A stretch of DNA of 64,000 nucleotides. It comes from Bacteroidales bacterium. Lineage in GTDB: Bacteria > Bacteroidota > Bacteroidia > Bacteroidales > F082. The stretch covers positions 5,940 to 69,939 of the forward strand of contig JAZQZR010000015.1 in the NCBI GenBank assembly GCA_045634185.1, written 5' to 3'. A model generated the notes under the pieces. That model worked only from the letters and a program-made list of their open reading frames with translations. It searched no databases and was not told the DNA's origin. Both the position numbers and the translations under genes were made by a program. This document shows positions 18,508 to 27,729 of the stretch, piece by piece (positions within the stretch are counted from its first letter, which is position 1; every line of letters begins with the position of its first letter).

Positions 18508-19625
18508 AATATTATATTATAGCAGGGGAGGCGTCAGGTGATCTTCATGGCGCGAATTTGATAGCATCGATTAAGAAAAAAGATCCGCGTGCAAAAATAC
18601 GTGCATGGGGCGGAGATTTGATGAAAAAACAAGGAGCGATATTGGCAAAACATTATCGTGACCTTGCATTTATGGGTTTTGTTGAGGTCTTGCTTCACCT
18701 TAAAACTATATTGAAAAATTTTAGTTTCTGTAAAAAAGACATTAAGAAATTTGAACCTGATGCAATCATTCTTATTGATTATCCCGGCTTTAATATAAAA
18801 GTGGCAAAATTTGCTCGCAAATTAGGTATCAAGGTTTATTATTATATCTCACCTCAGGTATGGGCTTGGAAAAAACGTCGTGTTCACACTTTGAAGAAAG
18901 TTGTTGATAAGATGCTCGTTATCTTGCCGTTCGAGAAAAACTTCTATGATGAATATGATGTGGAATCTCATTTTGTTGGACATCCGCTGCTTGATGAATT
19001 GTCTAAAGTCAAAAGTATTAGCAAGAAACTTTTTGCGAAACAGAACAATCTCGATCCCAAAAAAGAGATAATCGCTCTTATGCCTGGAAGTCGTAAACAG
19101 GAAGTGTCTAGGATGATGGAAACTATGTTGAAAGTCGTTAAGATGTTCCCTGATTATCAATTTGTTGTGGGTTGTGCGCCATCGCTTCCTGAAGAATATT
19201 ATAAGGAATTGGTCGGTGATGAGAATGTGAATCTTGTCTTTAATAAAACATATCAGCTGCTGCAAGTTTCAAGTGCCGCTGTGGTTACTTCTGGAACTGC
19301 GACATTGGAAACAGCATTGTTTTATGTGCCAGAGGTGGTATGCTATAAAGGAAATCCTATTTCATATCATATAGCTAAGAGACTTATTAAGGTTAAATAT
19401 ATTTCACTTGTAAATCTTATTATGAATAAACCAGTTGTGAAGGAGTTGATACAGAACGACTTGACAGCTGAGAATATTTCTATGGAATTGAGAAGTATGT
19501 TGTCTGATTCGAAGAGACAGCGTGCCTTGCTTGAAGATTACGAAGAGTTGAGATTTTTGTTGGGTAATGCTGGCGCATCAGATAATGCTGCTTCAATCAT
19601 AATTAATGATATGAAGAATCAATAG
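18504..19625 (+). CDS. lpxB: lipid-A-disaccharide synthase
   Basis: N-terminus YIIAGEASGDLHGANL. Start taken at MKYY. Confidence 0.9.
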   Translation: MKYYIIAGEASGDLHGANLIASIKKKDPRAKIRAWGGDLMKKQGAILAKHYRDLAFMGFVEVLLHLKTILKNFSFCKKDIKKFEPDAIILIDYPGFNIKVAKFARKLGIKVYYYISPQVWAWKKRRVHTLKKVVDKMLVILPFEKNFYDEYDVESHFVGHPLLDELSKVKSISKKLFAKQNNLDPKKEIIALMPGSRKQEVSRMMETMLKVVKMFPDYQFVVGCAPSLPEEYYKELVGDENVNLVFNKTYQLLQVSSAAVVTSGTATLETALFYVPEVVCYKGNPISYHIAKRLIKVKYISLVNLIMNKPVVKELIQNDLTAENISMELRSMLSDSKRQRALLEDYEELRFLLGNAGASDNAASIIINDMKNQ

Positions 19626-19714
19626 GCAATTCTTAATTATTTTTAACATAAATTATTGTAATTCATAGTTTTACGTATTGGATTTATTGTTATCTTGCAG
19701 CACTGTAGAAAGAT

Positions 19715-21847
19715 ATGTGCTGTGTGATGATATGTTGGTTTAAATATCCTTTTATCAGACTTTTAATTCCTTTTGCAACGGGGATTTGGCTGGCTTTTTT
19801 CAAAGGAAATGTCTGTGTTTCCGAAAAATTCGTCGTTTATTTGTTAATAATTCTTTTGGTTTTATTAACGTCTTTAATTCTTACTTCTGTTTTAATTAAA
19901 AACTATCGATATAGATACGTTTTTTCCGTATTATTAAATATATTCTTGTTATTGACGGGCTTCTCGTATGTGAGAATTCATGATTATAAATTGAAAGTCA
20001 ATGATTTGTCCAATATTGAAATTACTCCAAAATATTATGTCGCTAGATTATGTGAATGTTCTTCTGTTAAGGATAATTCTGTTAAGGTGATGATGGAACT
20101 GATTGAAATAGAGGATGAGTCATCGATAAAACATGAATTTAAGTCTAAAATAATTGCGTATTTCGAGAAAGATGAAAGTTCGATGTCGCTTAAATATGGA
20201 GATTGTATAATTTTTCTTGCTAATCCTGAGGAAGTCAAGAAACCTCCTAATCCAGAGCAATTCGATTATAAGGATTATTTATATAAAAAAGGTGTCACGC
20301 ATCAGGTTTATCTTAAGTCAGATAAATGGCTTAGTTTGAATTACAATAAATCTAATATGATATATGAACTTTCATATTCTTTGCGTGATTTCCTTTTGTT
20401 GACTATGCAGCGTCTTGGCGTTAAGGATGAAGAGTATGCTGTTGCTGCGGCGATATTGTTGGGCTATGATGACAGCCTTCCAATGGATTTGCGCCAGAAA
20501 TATGTGGCAGCAGGAGCGATGCATATCTTATGTGTTTCCGGACTTCACGTTGGTGTGATATTTATGGTGTTTTCTTATCTTCTGTTTTTCCTTAATGACA
20601 GAAAGAAGACGCAGCGGCTGCTGAAACATCTGCTGTTGCTTTTGCTTGTATGGCTTTATGCTTTGCTCGCAGGATTGGCGCCATCTATTTTGAGAGCTAC
20701 GATAATGTTGTCGTTTGTGGTGATTGGAAATGTTGTCAATAGAAAAGGTGTTTTGCTGAACTCGCTCGCTGCTTCTGCCTTAATATTGTTATGCATAAAT
20801 CCAGCAAATCTTTTTGATATAGGATTTATGCTGTCGTATGTTGCTGTTATTGGCATTGTCGTTTTACAGAAACCTATTTCCAAATTGGTTTATTCAAGAT
20901 ATAAAATAGTGAATAAAATATGGGAGATAACTTCTGTTACAATTGCAGCTCAGATCGCAACAGTTCCTTTTACTATTTATTATTTTCATCAGTTCCCGAC
21001 ATATTTCTGGTTGAGCAACCTTTTTATGACGCCTATTTCGTCGGTCGTTATAATTGGCGGAATGATGATGCTGTTGGTTTTCTTTATACCTTATATTAAT
21101 ACAATGGTAGCATTCTTCGTATCTAAAATGATTTATGTTATGAATCTTGGCGTCGAATGGATTGAAGGTTTGCCGTTTTCTATAATAAAAGGTCTTTATA
21201 TCGACACGAGCCAATTTGTGATTCTTTTGTTGATATTGCTTTCGCTTCTTTTGTTTGTTGAATTAAAAGAAAAAAGATTGTTTTTTTGTATGATGATACT
21301 ATCATCTTTGTTCTTATTTGTAAATCTTAACAATGTTTTAAAGCAAAAGAATCAAAAAGAGATGGTGATTTATTCGATTAATAATGCGACTGCCATCGAT
21401 TTTTTATGTGGAAGAGAGCATTTTCTTTTGTCGGATAGTGCTTTTTTTAATGATAAATCATCTTTTTCTTACAATATTGAGAATTTTTTAGTCAAAAAAG
21501 GTGTTTTTTTCAATGGAAAAACGATTCGATTTTGTGATAATTTTGACGATAATTTCGTGAAAAAGAGAAAAAGTGTCGTCATTTTTGGTGAAAAAGCGCT
21601 TGGGATGTCCGATGGAAGTGATCTTATAAGTGATACGCTTTCGTATAAAATTCCGCTTGATTTTATGTTCGTTTATGGAAAAAAGAGACAATCTCTCTCA
21701 TTATTGTTGAATGTGTATAATTTTGATTATCTGATAATTGATAGAACTGTTCCGGCATATTTATCTTCTAGATTGATTGAAGAATCGGAGAAATTAGGCA
21801 TAAAATATCACTCGATTAGAGAAAAAGGTGCTTTTGTTGTAAAATAA
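19715..21847 (+). CDS. comEC: ComEC/Rec2 family competence membrane protein
   Basis: 710 aa, polytopic, with the competence-domain motif GAMHILCVSGLHVG. Confidence 0.85.
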   Translation: MCCVMICWFKYPFIRLLIPFATGIWLAFFKGNVCVSEKFVVYLLIILLVLLTSLILTSVLIKNYRYRYVFSVLLNIFLLLTGFSYVRIHDYKLKVNDLSNIEITPKYYVARLCECSSVKDNSVKVMMELIEIEDESSIKHEFKSKIIAYFEKDESSMSLKYGDCIIFLANPEEVKKPPNPEQFDYKDYLYKKGVTHQVYLKSDKWLSLNYNKSNMIYELSYSLRDFLLLTMQRLGVKDEEYAVAAAILLGYDDSLPMDLRQKYVAAGAMHILCVSGLHVGVIFMVFSYLLFFLNDRKKTQRLLKHLLLLLLVWLYALLAGLAPSILRATIMLSFVVIGNVVNRKGVLLNSLAASALILLCINPANLFDIGFMLSYVAVIGIVVLQKPISKLVYSRYKIVNKIWEITSVTIAAQIATVPFTIYYFHQFPTYFWLSNLFMTPISSVVIIGGMMMLLVFFIPYINTMVAFFVSKMIYVMNLGVEWIEGLPFSIIKGLYIDTSQFVILLLILLSLLLFVELKEKRLFFCMMILSSLFLFVNLNNVLKQKNQKEMVIYSINNATAIDFLCGREHFLLSDSAFFNDKSSFSYNIENFLVKKGVFFNGKTIRFCDNFDDNFVKKRKSVVIFGEKALGMSDGSDLISDTLSYKIPLDFMFVYGKKRQSLSLLLNVYNFDYLIIDRTVPAYLSSRLIEESEKLGIKYHSIREKGAFVVK

Positions 21848-21950
21848 TTTTTTTTTGATTTTATTTTCTTGATAATCAATGTAATGAAAATTTTTTTTCA
21901 AAAAAGTGAATTTTTTTTGAAAAAATGCTTGCAGATATGAAAAAAGGTCG

Positions 21951-21958
21951 TATCTTTG
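21951..21958 (+). promoter_or_regulatory. -7 box TATCTTTG upstream of tRNA-Asp
   Basis: Perfect TAnnTTTG, with a TTG about 20 nt upstream, lying 48 nt before the tRNA. Confidence 0.6.
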
Positions 21959-22005
21959 CACTCGTAATCAATAACACAAAAGGTTACGAAAAAATAAAAA
22001 AAGCA

Positions 22006-22080
22006 GGTGCTGTAGTTCAGTTTGGTTAGAATGCCTGCCTGTCACGCAGGAGGTCGCGAGTTCGAGTCTCGTCAGCACCG
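22006..22080 (+). tRNA. tRNA-Asp (anticodon GUC)
   Basis: Hand-folded cloverleaf. Acceptor GGTGCTG/CAGCACC, anticodon stem CCTGC/GCAGG with loop CTGTCAC, T-arm GCGAG-TTCGAGT-CTCGT. No CCA is encoded. Confidence 0.9.
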
Positions 22081-22083
22081 CAG

Positions 22084-22111
22084 AAAGTCTCTCAGAAATG
22101 GGAGACTTTTT
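22084..22111 (+). terminator. intrinsic terminator after tRNA-Asp
   Basis: Stem AAAGTCTC/GAGACTTT followed by a T-run. Confidence 0.7.
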
Positions 22112-22160
22112 CGTTTTATATATTTCCACGTATCGACACGTATCTTCATGTATATTTCTT

Positions 22161-22194
22161 ACTTGTAGTCTTGTAGTCATGTTGTCTTGTAGTC
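22161..22194. repeat. 34-nt CTTGTAGT-type stutter block
   Basis: ACTTGTAGTCTTGTAGTCATGTTGTCTTGTAGTC followed by T8. It has the same length and the same ends as the block at 63474-63507. Confidence 0.9.
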
Positions 22195-22204
22195 TTTTTT
22201 TTCC

Positions 22205-22212
22205 TATCTTTG
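22205..22212 (+). promoter_or_regulatory. -7 box TATCTTTG for the M20 amidohydrolase gene
   Basis: Perfect TAnnTTTG 18 nt upstream of the ATG at 22230. Confidence 0.65.
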
Positions 22213-22229
22213 CATAAACATCTTTCGTT

Positions 22230-23405
22230 ATGATAAATAAGATAAAATCTCTTGCCAAGGAACTTAAAGCTGACATTATTGACGTGAGACGTCATTTGCA
22301 TCAGTTTCCTTGCTTGAGCTTTGAGGAATATGAGACTGCTATGTTTATTCATGCTTTGCTGGATTCATGGAATATCGAGCATGAATTCTTGACAGAGACT
22401 GGAATCGTCGCAACTATAAAAGGCATAAATCCTGAAAAGAAAACAATAGCGCTTCGTGCAGATATCGATGCTCTTCCTATTCAAGAGAGAAACGAATGTC
22501 AATATAAATCAACTGTCGATGGCGTGATGCATGCATGCGGTCATGATGCGCACGCTGCGATGTTACTCGGCGCAGCGAAGATTCTCAATCAGATGAAAGA
22601 TGATTTTGAAGGAACCATAAAACTTGTTTTTCAGCCCGGAGAAGAGAAACTACCAGGCGGAGCGTCTGTTATGATAGAAGAAGGCGTTTTGAAAGATGTC
22701 GATTTGATTATTGCGCAACATGTATATCCTGAACTTCCATGCGGCGAAGTTGGCTTTCATGCCGGTGAATTCATGGCTTCCTGCGATGAGATAAATATCA
22801 CGATAAAAGGTAAAGGCGGACATGCTGCCAAGATAAATGAACGCTCCAACACCACGGTGGCAGCTGCTAAAATATTATGCGCCATCTCAGAACTCAGCTC
22901 CGAGTTTAACAAAGAAGAAAGAAAAAATCCTATCATAATAGCTTTCGGCAGTTTCATCGCCGACGGCACTTACAACGTGATTCCTGATAAGGTAAGTCTC
23001 AAAGGAACGATGAGAACCTTCAGTGAGGACGACAGAAAATCTATCAAAAATGAGATAAAGAAAATCTGTGCTGAAGTCGCGGCTTCTTTCGATGTACATG
23101 CAGAACTCTTTATCGAAGAAGGTTATCCTGTCTTGATAAATGACGTTAATTTGACTAACAACCTGATGTTGTGTGCAAAAGAATTTATGGGAGAAGATAA
23201 AGTCAAGGCGATACCACAGCTGATGACAGCGGAAGACTTCGCTTGGTATTCGCATAAGACCAAAGCTTGCATGTATAGAATTGGAACCTCCAATGTGAAA
23301 AAAGGCATCGTTTCAAAACAGCATACTCCGACCTTCGACATCGACGAAGACGCCTTGGAAATAGGAGTGGGACTGATGGCGTGGTTGGCGGTTTGCAATT
23401 TATAA
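22230..23405 (+). CDS. M20D-family amidohydrolase (N-acyl-L-amino-acid amidohydrolase-like)
   Basis: 391 aa with HACGHDAH and the metal-binding GEE motif (QPGEE). Confidence 0.85.
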   Translation: MINKIKSLAKELKADIIDVRRHLHQFPCLSFEEYETAMFIHALLDSWNIEHEFLTETGIVATIKGINPEKKTIALRADIDALPIQERNECQYKSTVDGVMHACGHDAHAAMLLGAAKILNQMKDDFEGTIKLVFQPGEEKLPGGASVMIEEGVLKDVDLIIAQHVYPELPCGEVGFHAGEFMASCDEINITIKGKGGHAAKINERSNTTVAAAKILCAISELSSEFNKEERKNPIIIAFGSFIADGTYNVIPDKVSLKGTMRTFSEDDRKSIKNEIKKICAEVAASFDVHAELFIEEGYPVLINDVNLTNNLMLCAKEFMGEDKVKAIPQLMTAEDFAWYSHKTKACMYRIGTSNVKKGIVSKQHTPTFDIDEDALEIGVGLMAWLAVCNL

Positions 23406-23431
23406 TTAACAGCTAAATTTCAGTTTGTCTT

Positions 23432-23519
23432 GGGCGTTCCGGCAAAGCCGTCGGGCTTTCCGCTATATCTTTTTCCGCTTCGCTCCAAAAGGATGCCGCT
23501 CCAATCCCTAACGCATTGG
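23432..23519 (+). repeat. GC-rich interspersed element, copy A
   Basis: GGGCGTTCCGGCAAAGCCGTCGGGCTTTCCGCTATATCTTTTTCCGCTTCGCTCCAAAAGGATGCCGCTCCAATCCCTAACGC. It matches three other copies in the window. Confidence 0.9.
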
Positions 23520-23577
23520 TGGCGACGAGTCCCAAACTGCTAGCAATGAAAAATGGTCGCTGCTACAGCAAAAAAAT

Positions 23578-23607
23578 CTGTTGTCCGTTGTCCGTTGTCC
23601 GTTGTCT
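23578..23607. repeat. GTTGTCC stutter (x3-4)
   Basis: CTGTTGTCCGTTGTCCGTTGTCCGTTGTC followed by a T-run, immediately upstream of a -7 box. Confidence 0.9.
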
Positions 23608-23612
23608 TTTTT

Positions 23613-23620
23613 TATCTTTG
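23613..23620 (+). promoter_or_regulatory. -7 box TATCTTTG for the nucleosidase-ygiQ pair
   Basis: Perfect TAnnTTTG 15 nt upstream of the ATG at 23635. Confidence 0.65.
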
Positions 23621-23634
23621 TAAAAAATATCTCT

Positions 23635-24177
23635 ATGAAAATTTTAGTGACATACGCTTTTGATGAGGAGATAATTCCTTTTGAAATACAAGGCATTGAT
23701 ATCACGTTCCTTAAGACGGGAATGGGTAAGGTGCTATCGGCGTTTAACTTGACAAAAGCTCTTTGTGAAGAGAAATATGATTTGGTGCTAAATGTCGGTA
23801 CTGCTGGCACTCTCAATCATGAGGTGGGTGATATTTTCGTATGTCATCGTTTTGTTGACAGAGACATGGAGAAGATAGAACTTCCTGATGTATGTTCTGA
23901 TATATCTTTCCCTGAAAAAGTAGGGATAGGAACTATTGACGAATATAATAAAATTGGTGTTTGTAATACAGGCGACAGCTTCGTGACAAAGGCAGCTCAT
24001 TTCAATGGCGATGTCGTTGATATGGAGGCTTTCGCTCAGGCTATGGTCTGCAAAGAGATGAATGTTGATTTCGTCTCTGTAAAATATATCACTGACATAA
24101 TCGGTCAGAACTCAGGTGAGATATGGTTGGACGAGCTTCGTGACGCTCGCGAGGCCTTAAAAGAATTTTTCGCATGA
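23635..24177 (+). CDS. short PNP/UDP-family nucleosidase (MTA/SAH or 5'-deoxyadenosine nucleosidase-like)
   Basis: About 180 aa. MKILVTYAFDEE..., GMGKV, VGTAG and DMEAFA motifs. Start taken at MKILV. Confidence 0.7.
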   Translation: MKILVTYAFDEEIIPFEIQGIDITFLKTGMGKVLSAFNLTKALCEEKYDLVLNVGTAGTLNHEVGDIFVCHRFVDRDMEKIELPDVCSDISFPEKVGIGTIDEYNKIGVCNTGDSFVTKAAHFNGDVVDMEAFAQAMVCKEMNVDFVSVKYITDIIGQNSGEIWLDELRDAREALKEFFA

Positions 24178-25988
24178 ACTTATTAGATTGGCTTCCGATA
24201 ACAAAGAAAGAGACCGACTTGCGCGGATGGAGCGAAGTCGATATAGTTATTATCACCGGCGATGCTTACGTCGATCATCCTGCTTTCGGTGCTGCTGTGA
24301 TAGGACGCGTCCTCGAACATCATGGCTACAAGGTGGCGCTGATTCCGCAGCCTAACTGGCGCGACGACCTCCGCGATTTTAAAAAATTCGGCAAGCCTCG
24401 TCTTTTCTTCGGCATCTCCGCCGGCGCTATGGACTCGATGGTGAATCATTATACTGCCAACAAACGCCTGCGCTCCAACGATGCCTACACTCCAGGAGGC
24501 GAAGCAGGCTTCCGCCCTGATTACGCTACAATAACGTATTCCAATATACTTAAGAAATTATATCCAGACACGCCTGTCATAATCGGTGGCATTGAAGCTT
24601 CTTTGCGAAGAGTGACACATTATGACTATTGGGCAGATGAACTGAAACCTTCTATAATGCTTGATTCTAAAGCTGACCTCGGCGTATATGGAATGGGAGA
24701 ACTTGGCATAGTGGAAATCGCTAGAGCTTTGGATGAAGGTAAAAAGATTGAAGAGATAACGAATGTTCCTCAGACTTTCTTCCTTAAGAAAAAGTCACAG
24801 AATGTGAAGTGTGAATGGAACGACTTGCGTTTGGCTTCTCACGAGGAATGTCTGAAAGATAAGAAGACATATGCTTCTAACTTCAAAAATGTGGAGATAG
24901 AATCGAATAAGAAGAAAGCGAATCGTCTGCTTCAAGATGTAGGCGATTATACCTTATATATTAATCCTCCTTATCCAACGATGACGGAAGCACAGATTGA
25001 TGCTTCTTTCGATTTGCCTTACACTCGTCTGCCGCATCCTAAGTATGCAAAACGTGGCGTGATTCCGGCATACGAGATGATACGTCATTCTGTTAACATT
25101 CATCGCGGCTGTTTCGGAGGATGTGCTTTCTGTACTATCTCGGCGCATCAGGGCAAGTTCGTGGCTTCACGTAGTAAGGCTTCTATCATGAAAGAAGTGA
25201 AGCAGGTTACTGAGATGGAAGACTTCAAAGGTTATATCTCCGACCTCGGCGGTCCTTCTGCCAATATGTATCGCATGAAAGGAAAGGATGAGAGTCTTTG
25301 CGAGAAATGTATTCGTCCGACTTGTATACAACCGAATGTATGCAAGAATTTAGACACCAATCATCATCCATTGATTGAATTATATAAGGAAGTGGATAAG
25401 ATTCCGGCTGTGAAAAAAGCTACCATAGGTTCGGGAATACGTTACGACTTGTTCTTGACTAATGAAGACCCATCAGGAAAATTGGGTTACGATGAATATT
25501 TCGAACAGCTGATGAAACGTCATGTGAGCGGCCGTCTCAAGGTAGCTCCAGAACATTCCAGCGACGAAGTCTTGAAATTGATGAGAAAGCCATCGTTCAA
25601 TCTTTTTGTCAAACTGAAAAAGAAATTCGACAAGGTCAATGAGAAGCATCATCTCAACCAGCAGCTGATACCTTATTTCATATCAAGCCATCCTGCATGT
25701 ACTTTGACTGATATGGCAGAACTTGCGGTGAAGACGAAGGAATTAGGATATAAATTGGAGCAGGTTCAAGATTTCACTCCAACACCGATGACATTGGCTA
25801 CGGAGATTTATTATTCCGGTTATGATCCATATAGCTTGAAGCCTGTTTTCGTTGCTAAGACAAAACAAGAGAAGTTGGATCAGCAGAGATTCTTCTTCTG
25901 GTACAAGCCTGAGAACCGTCAGTATGTGAAAAACGCCTTGCGTAAAATAGGAAAGGCGGTGTGGATAGATAAACTTTTTAGAAATTAA
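24174..25988 (+). CDS. ygiQ: YgiQ-family radical SAM protein
   Basis: 604 aa with the CFGGCAFC radical-SAM cluster motif and the N-terminal UPF0313 region. The start overlaps the upstream stop (ATGA). Confidence 0.9.
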   Translation: MNLLDWLPITKKETDLRGWSEVDIVIITGDAYVDHPAFGAAVIGRVLEHHGYKVALIPQPNWRDDLRDFKKFGKPRLFFGISAGAMDSMVNHYTANKRLRSNDAYTPGGEAGFRPDYATITYSNILKKLYPDTPVIIGGIEASLRRVTHYDYWADELKPSIMLDSKADLGVYGMGELGIVEIARALDEGKKIEEITNVPQTFFLKKKSQNVKCEWNDLRLASHEECLKDKKTYASNFKNVEIESNKKKANRLLQDVGDYTLYINPPYPTMTEAQIDASFDLPYTRLPHPKYAKRGVIPAYEMIRHSVNIHRGCFGGCAFCTISAHQGKFVASRSKASIMKEVKQVTEMEDFKGYISDLGGPSANMYRMKGKDESLCEKCIRPTCIQPNVCKNLDTNHHPLIELYKEVDKIPAVKKATIGSGIRYDLFLTNEDPSGKLGYDEYFEQLMKRHVSGRLKVAPEHSSDEVLKLMRKPSFNLFVKLKKKFDKVNEKHHLNQQLIPYFISSHPACTLTDMAELAVKTKELGYKLEQVQDFTPTPMTLATEIYYSGYDPYSLKPVFVAKTKQEKLDQQRFFFWYKPENRQYVKNALRKIGKAVWIDKLFRN

Positions 25989-26015
25989 TAACTGACAAAT
26001 AACATTGATGGAAAT

Positions 26016-26049
26016 AAAAAAAGGATGGTTTTAAGCCATCCTTTTTTTT
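26016..26049. terminator. bidirectional intrinsic terminator
   Basis: AAAAAAGGATGG-loop-CCATCCTTTTTT between convergent genes. Confidence 0.8.
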
Positions 26050-26065
26050 ATTTGTATATTGTCGA

Positions 26066-26923
26066 TTATTCTATGACCAATCTGAATCCAGTGTTGTAGT
26101 CGCGGTAGTGGATGCCTTGTTGGTAGCGTGCTGTGACTCTTGCTTGTTGAGCGTTGGTGTTCCAGCTGCCGCCGCGGAATACGTGGTATCCTGTGTAATA
26201 TTCGCCTACAGGGTCTGTGACAGCGCCTTCTGAATATTGGTAGTACCAGTCTTGGCACATTTCCCAAACGTTGCCGCTCATGTCGTAGAGACCTAAAGTG
26301 TTAGGGTTTTTCTTTCCGACTTCGCTGCATTTGTCGCTATTGCTGTCAATCCAAGCGAATTCAAGTACGTTGTCGCCACCTGCGTATAAAGCGTAATTAG
26401 TGTTAGCGCCGCCTCTTGCTGCATATTCCCATTGAGCTTCTGTTGGAAGAGCGAAATTCAAACCTGTGAGTTCGTTCAATTTGCCGATGAAAGTCTCAAC
26501 TTCATTGAAAGACATTCTGTAAGCAGGGTATTTGTCGCCTTTGCCGAATTCGTCTTCCCATTGCATATCGTTTTCATCGTTAGGAGTAGCGTTCATCACA
26601 GCTTTCCAGAGACTTTGTGTCACTTCGTATTTGTTGATATAGAAAGGACTTACTGTAACTTGGTGGACTGGAGATTCCCAGCTTGTTGCGTTTTCGTCGT
26701 AGTTGTAATATTCAACGGAATCTTTTTGTGCGCCCATATAGAATGTGCCGCCGTCAACTTTAACCATATTGCTAATCATTTCTCTGATAGCGTCTTTTTC
26801 GTTCTTGTTCAAGTCGCCAGTCCAGTTGATGTCGAAACCGTTGATGGTTTCATTCTTGGTATTGTCATTGTTGCATGATTGTAATGCTAAAAAGCAACAT
26901 AAAACTATTAATAATTTTTTCAT
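26066..26923 (-). CDS. formylglycine-generating-enzyme (SUMF1) family lipoprotein
   Basis: 285 aa with a lipobox (LQSC), plus NVWEW-like (NVWEMC) and RGGSW motifs. Confidence 0.85.
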   Translation of the reverse strand: MKKLLIVLCCFLALQSCNNDNTKNETINGFDINWTGDLNKNEKDAIREMISNMVKVDGGTFYMGAQKDSVEYYNYDENATSWESPVHQVTVSPFYINKYEVTQSLWKAVMNATPNDENDMQWEDEFGKGDKYPAYRMSFNEVETFIGKLNELTGLNFALPTEAQWEYAARGGANTNYALYAGGDNVLEFAWIDSNSDKCSEVGKKNPNTLGLYDMSGNVWEMCQDWYYQYSEGAVTDPVGEYYTGYHVFRGGSWNTNAQQARVTARYQQGIHYRDYNTGFRLVIE

Positions 26924-27054
26924 AATGATATGATAATAAATGATTTGTCAAAATGATAAAAATGAAAATACAATAGTGTCATCACACTTTCTTTTCGATT
27001 GTAAATATACAATATTTTTTAATTATATAAAGATGTAAGAAATTTTTATTTTTC

Positions 27055-27062
27055 TATCTTTG
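27055..27062 (+). promoter_or_regulatory. -7 box TATCTTTG
   Basis: Perfect TAnnTTTG 20 nt upstream of the ATG at 27082. Confidence 0.65.
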
Positions 27063-27081
27063 TGATTCAAATTTCGAAATA

Positions 27082-27657
27082 ATGAAAAAGCTTTTCTATA
27101 TTGATTCTTGTTTGAGATCGGGCTCAAATACAAAGGTAATTGCCGATGCATTGATTGACAGACTTTCTGAAAGATATGAAGTTGAGACGATAAAATTGTC
27201 AGATTATGATTTCCCTGTTGTTAAAGACGATATTTTAAATGAAAGAAGCAGCGGTTATGTTCCAGAGGAATATGTTCGGATTGCAAGGAAAATTGCGGAC
27301 GCCGACCGACTTGTCATTGCTGCTCCTTTCTGGGATATGAGTTTTCCTAGTGCACTGAAGGTCTTTTTCGAAAATATGTCGTTGTTCAACGTGACTTTCG
27401 CTAGCAATGAAAAAGAATGTTACGGATTATGCAAGGCCGAGAAAGTGCTTTATATCACAACGCGAGGTATGAATATCAAGACGGGTGACGAGATGGAGCA
27501 GGCTACTCCTTATATCAAAGCGATTAGTAAATTGTGGGGACTCGGCGAGTTGCATGTGATAGCAGCGGAAAATATGGATTATAGCTCAGAAGAACAGAAA
27601 GCGGAGAAAATCCAAAGCGCCATAAAAGAAGGTAAAGATTTGTGTGACATTTTTTAA
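27082..27657 (+). CDS. flavodoxin-fold NAD(P)H-dependent oxidoreductase (azoreductase-like)
   Basis: 191 aa. N-terminal S-rich FMN loop (SCLRSGSNT) and the AAPFWDMSFP motif. Confidence 0.75.
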   Translation: MKKLFYIDSCLRSGSNTKVIADALIDRLSERYEVETIKLSDYDFPVVKDDILNERSSGYVPEEYVRIARKIADADRLVIAAPFWDMSFPSALKVFFENMSLFNVTFASNEKECYGLCKAEKVLYITTRGMNIKTGDEMEQATPYIKAISKLWGLGELHVIAAENMDYSSEEQKAEKIQSAIKEGKDLCDIF

Positions 27658-27729
27658 GGCTAAAGACAAAAGGTAAAAGACAACTACTTTAGTCGTTAGA
27701 CATTTGCCATTAGACTAAAACTAATATTT

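Noticed and set aside
21968-22352. Minus-strand ORFs of 102 aa and 68 aa
   Set aside because: They overlap the tRNA-Asp gene, its terminator and the stutter block, and they look non-protein-like.
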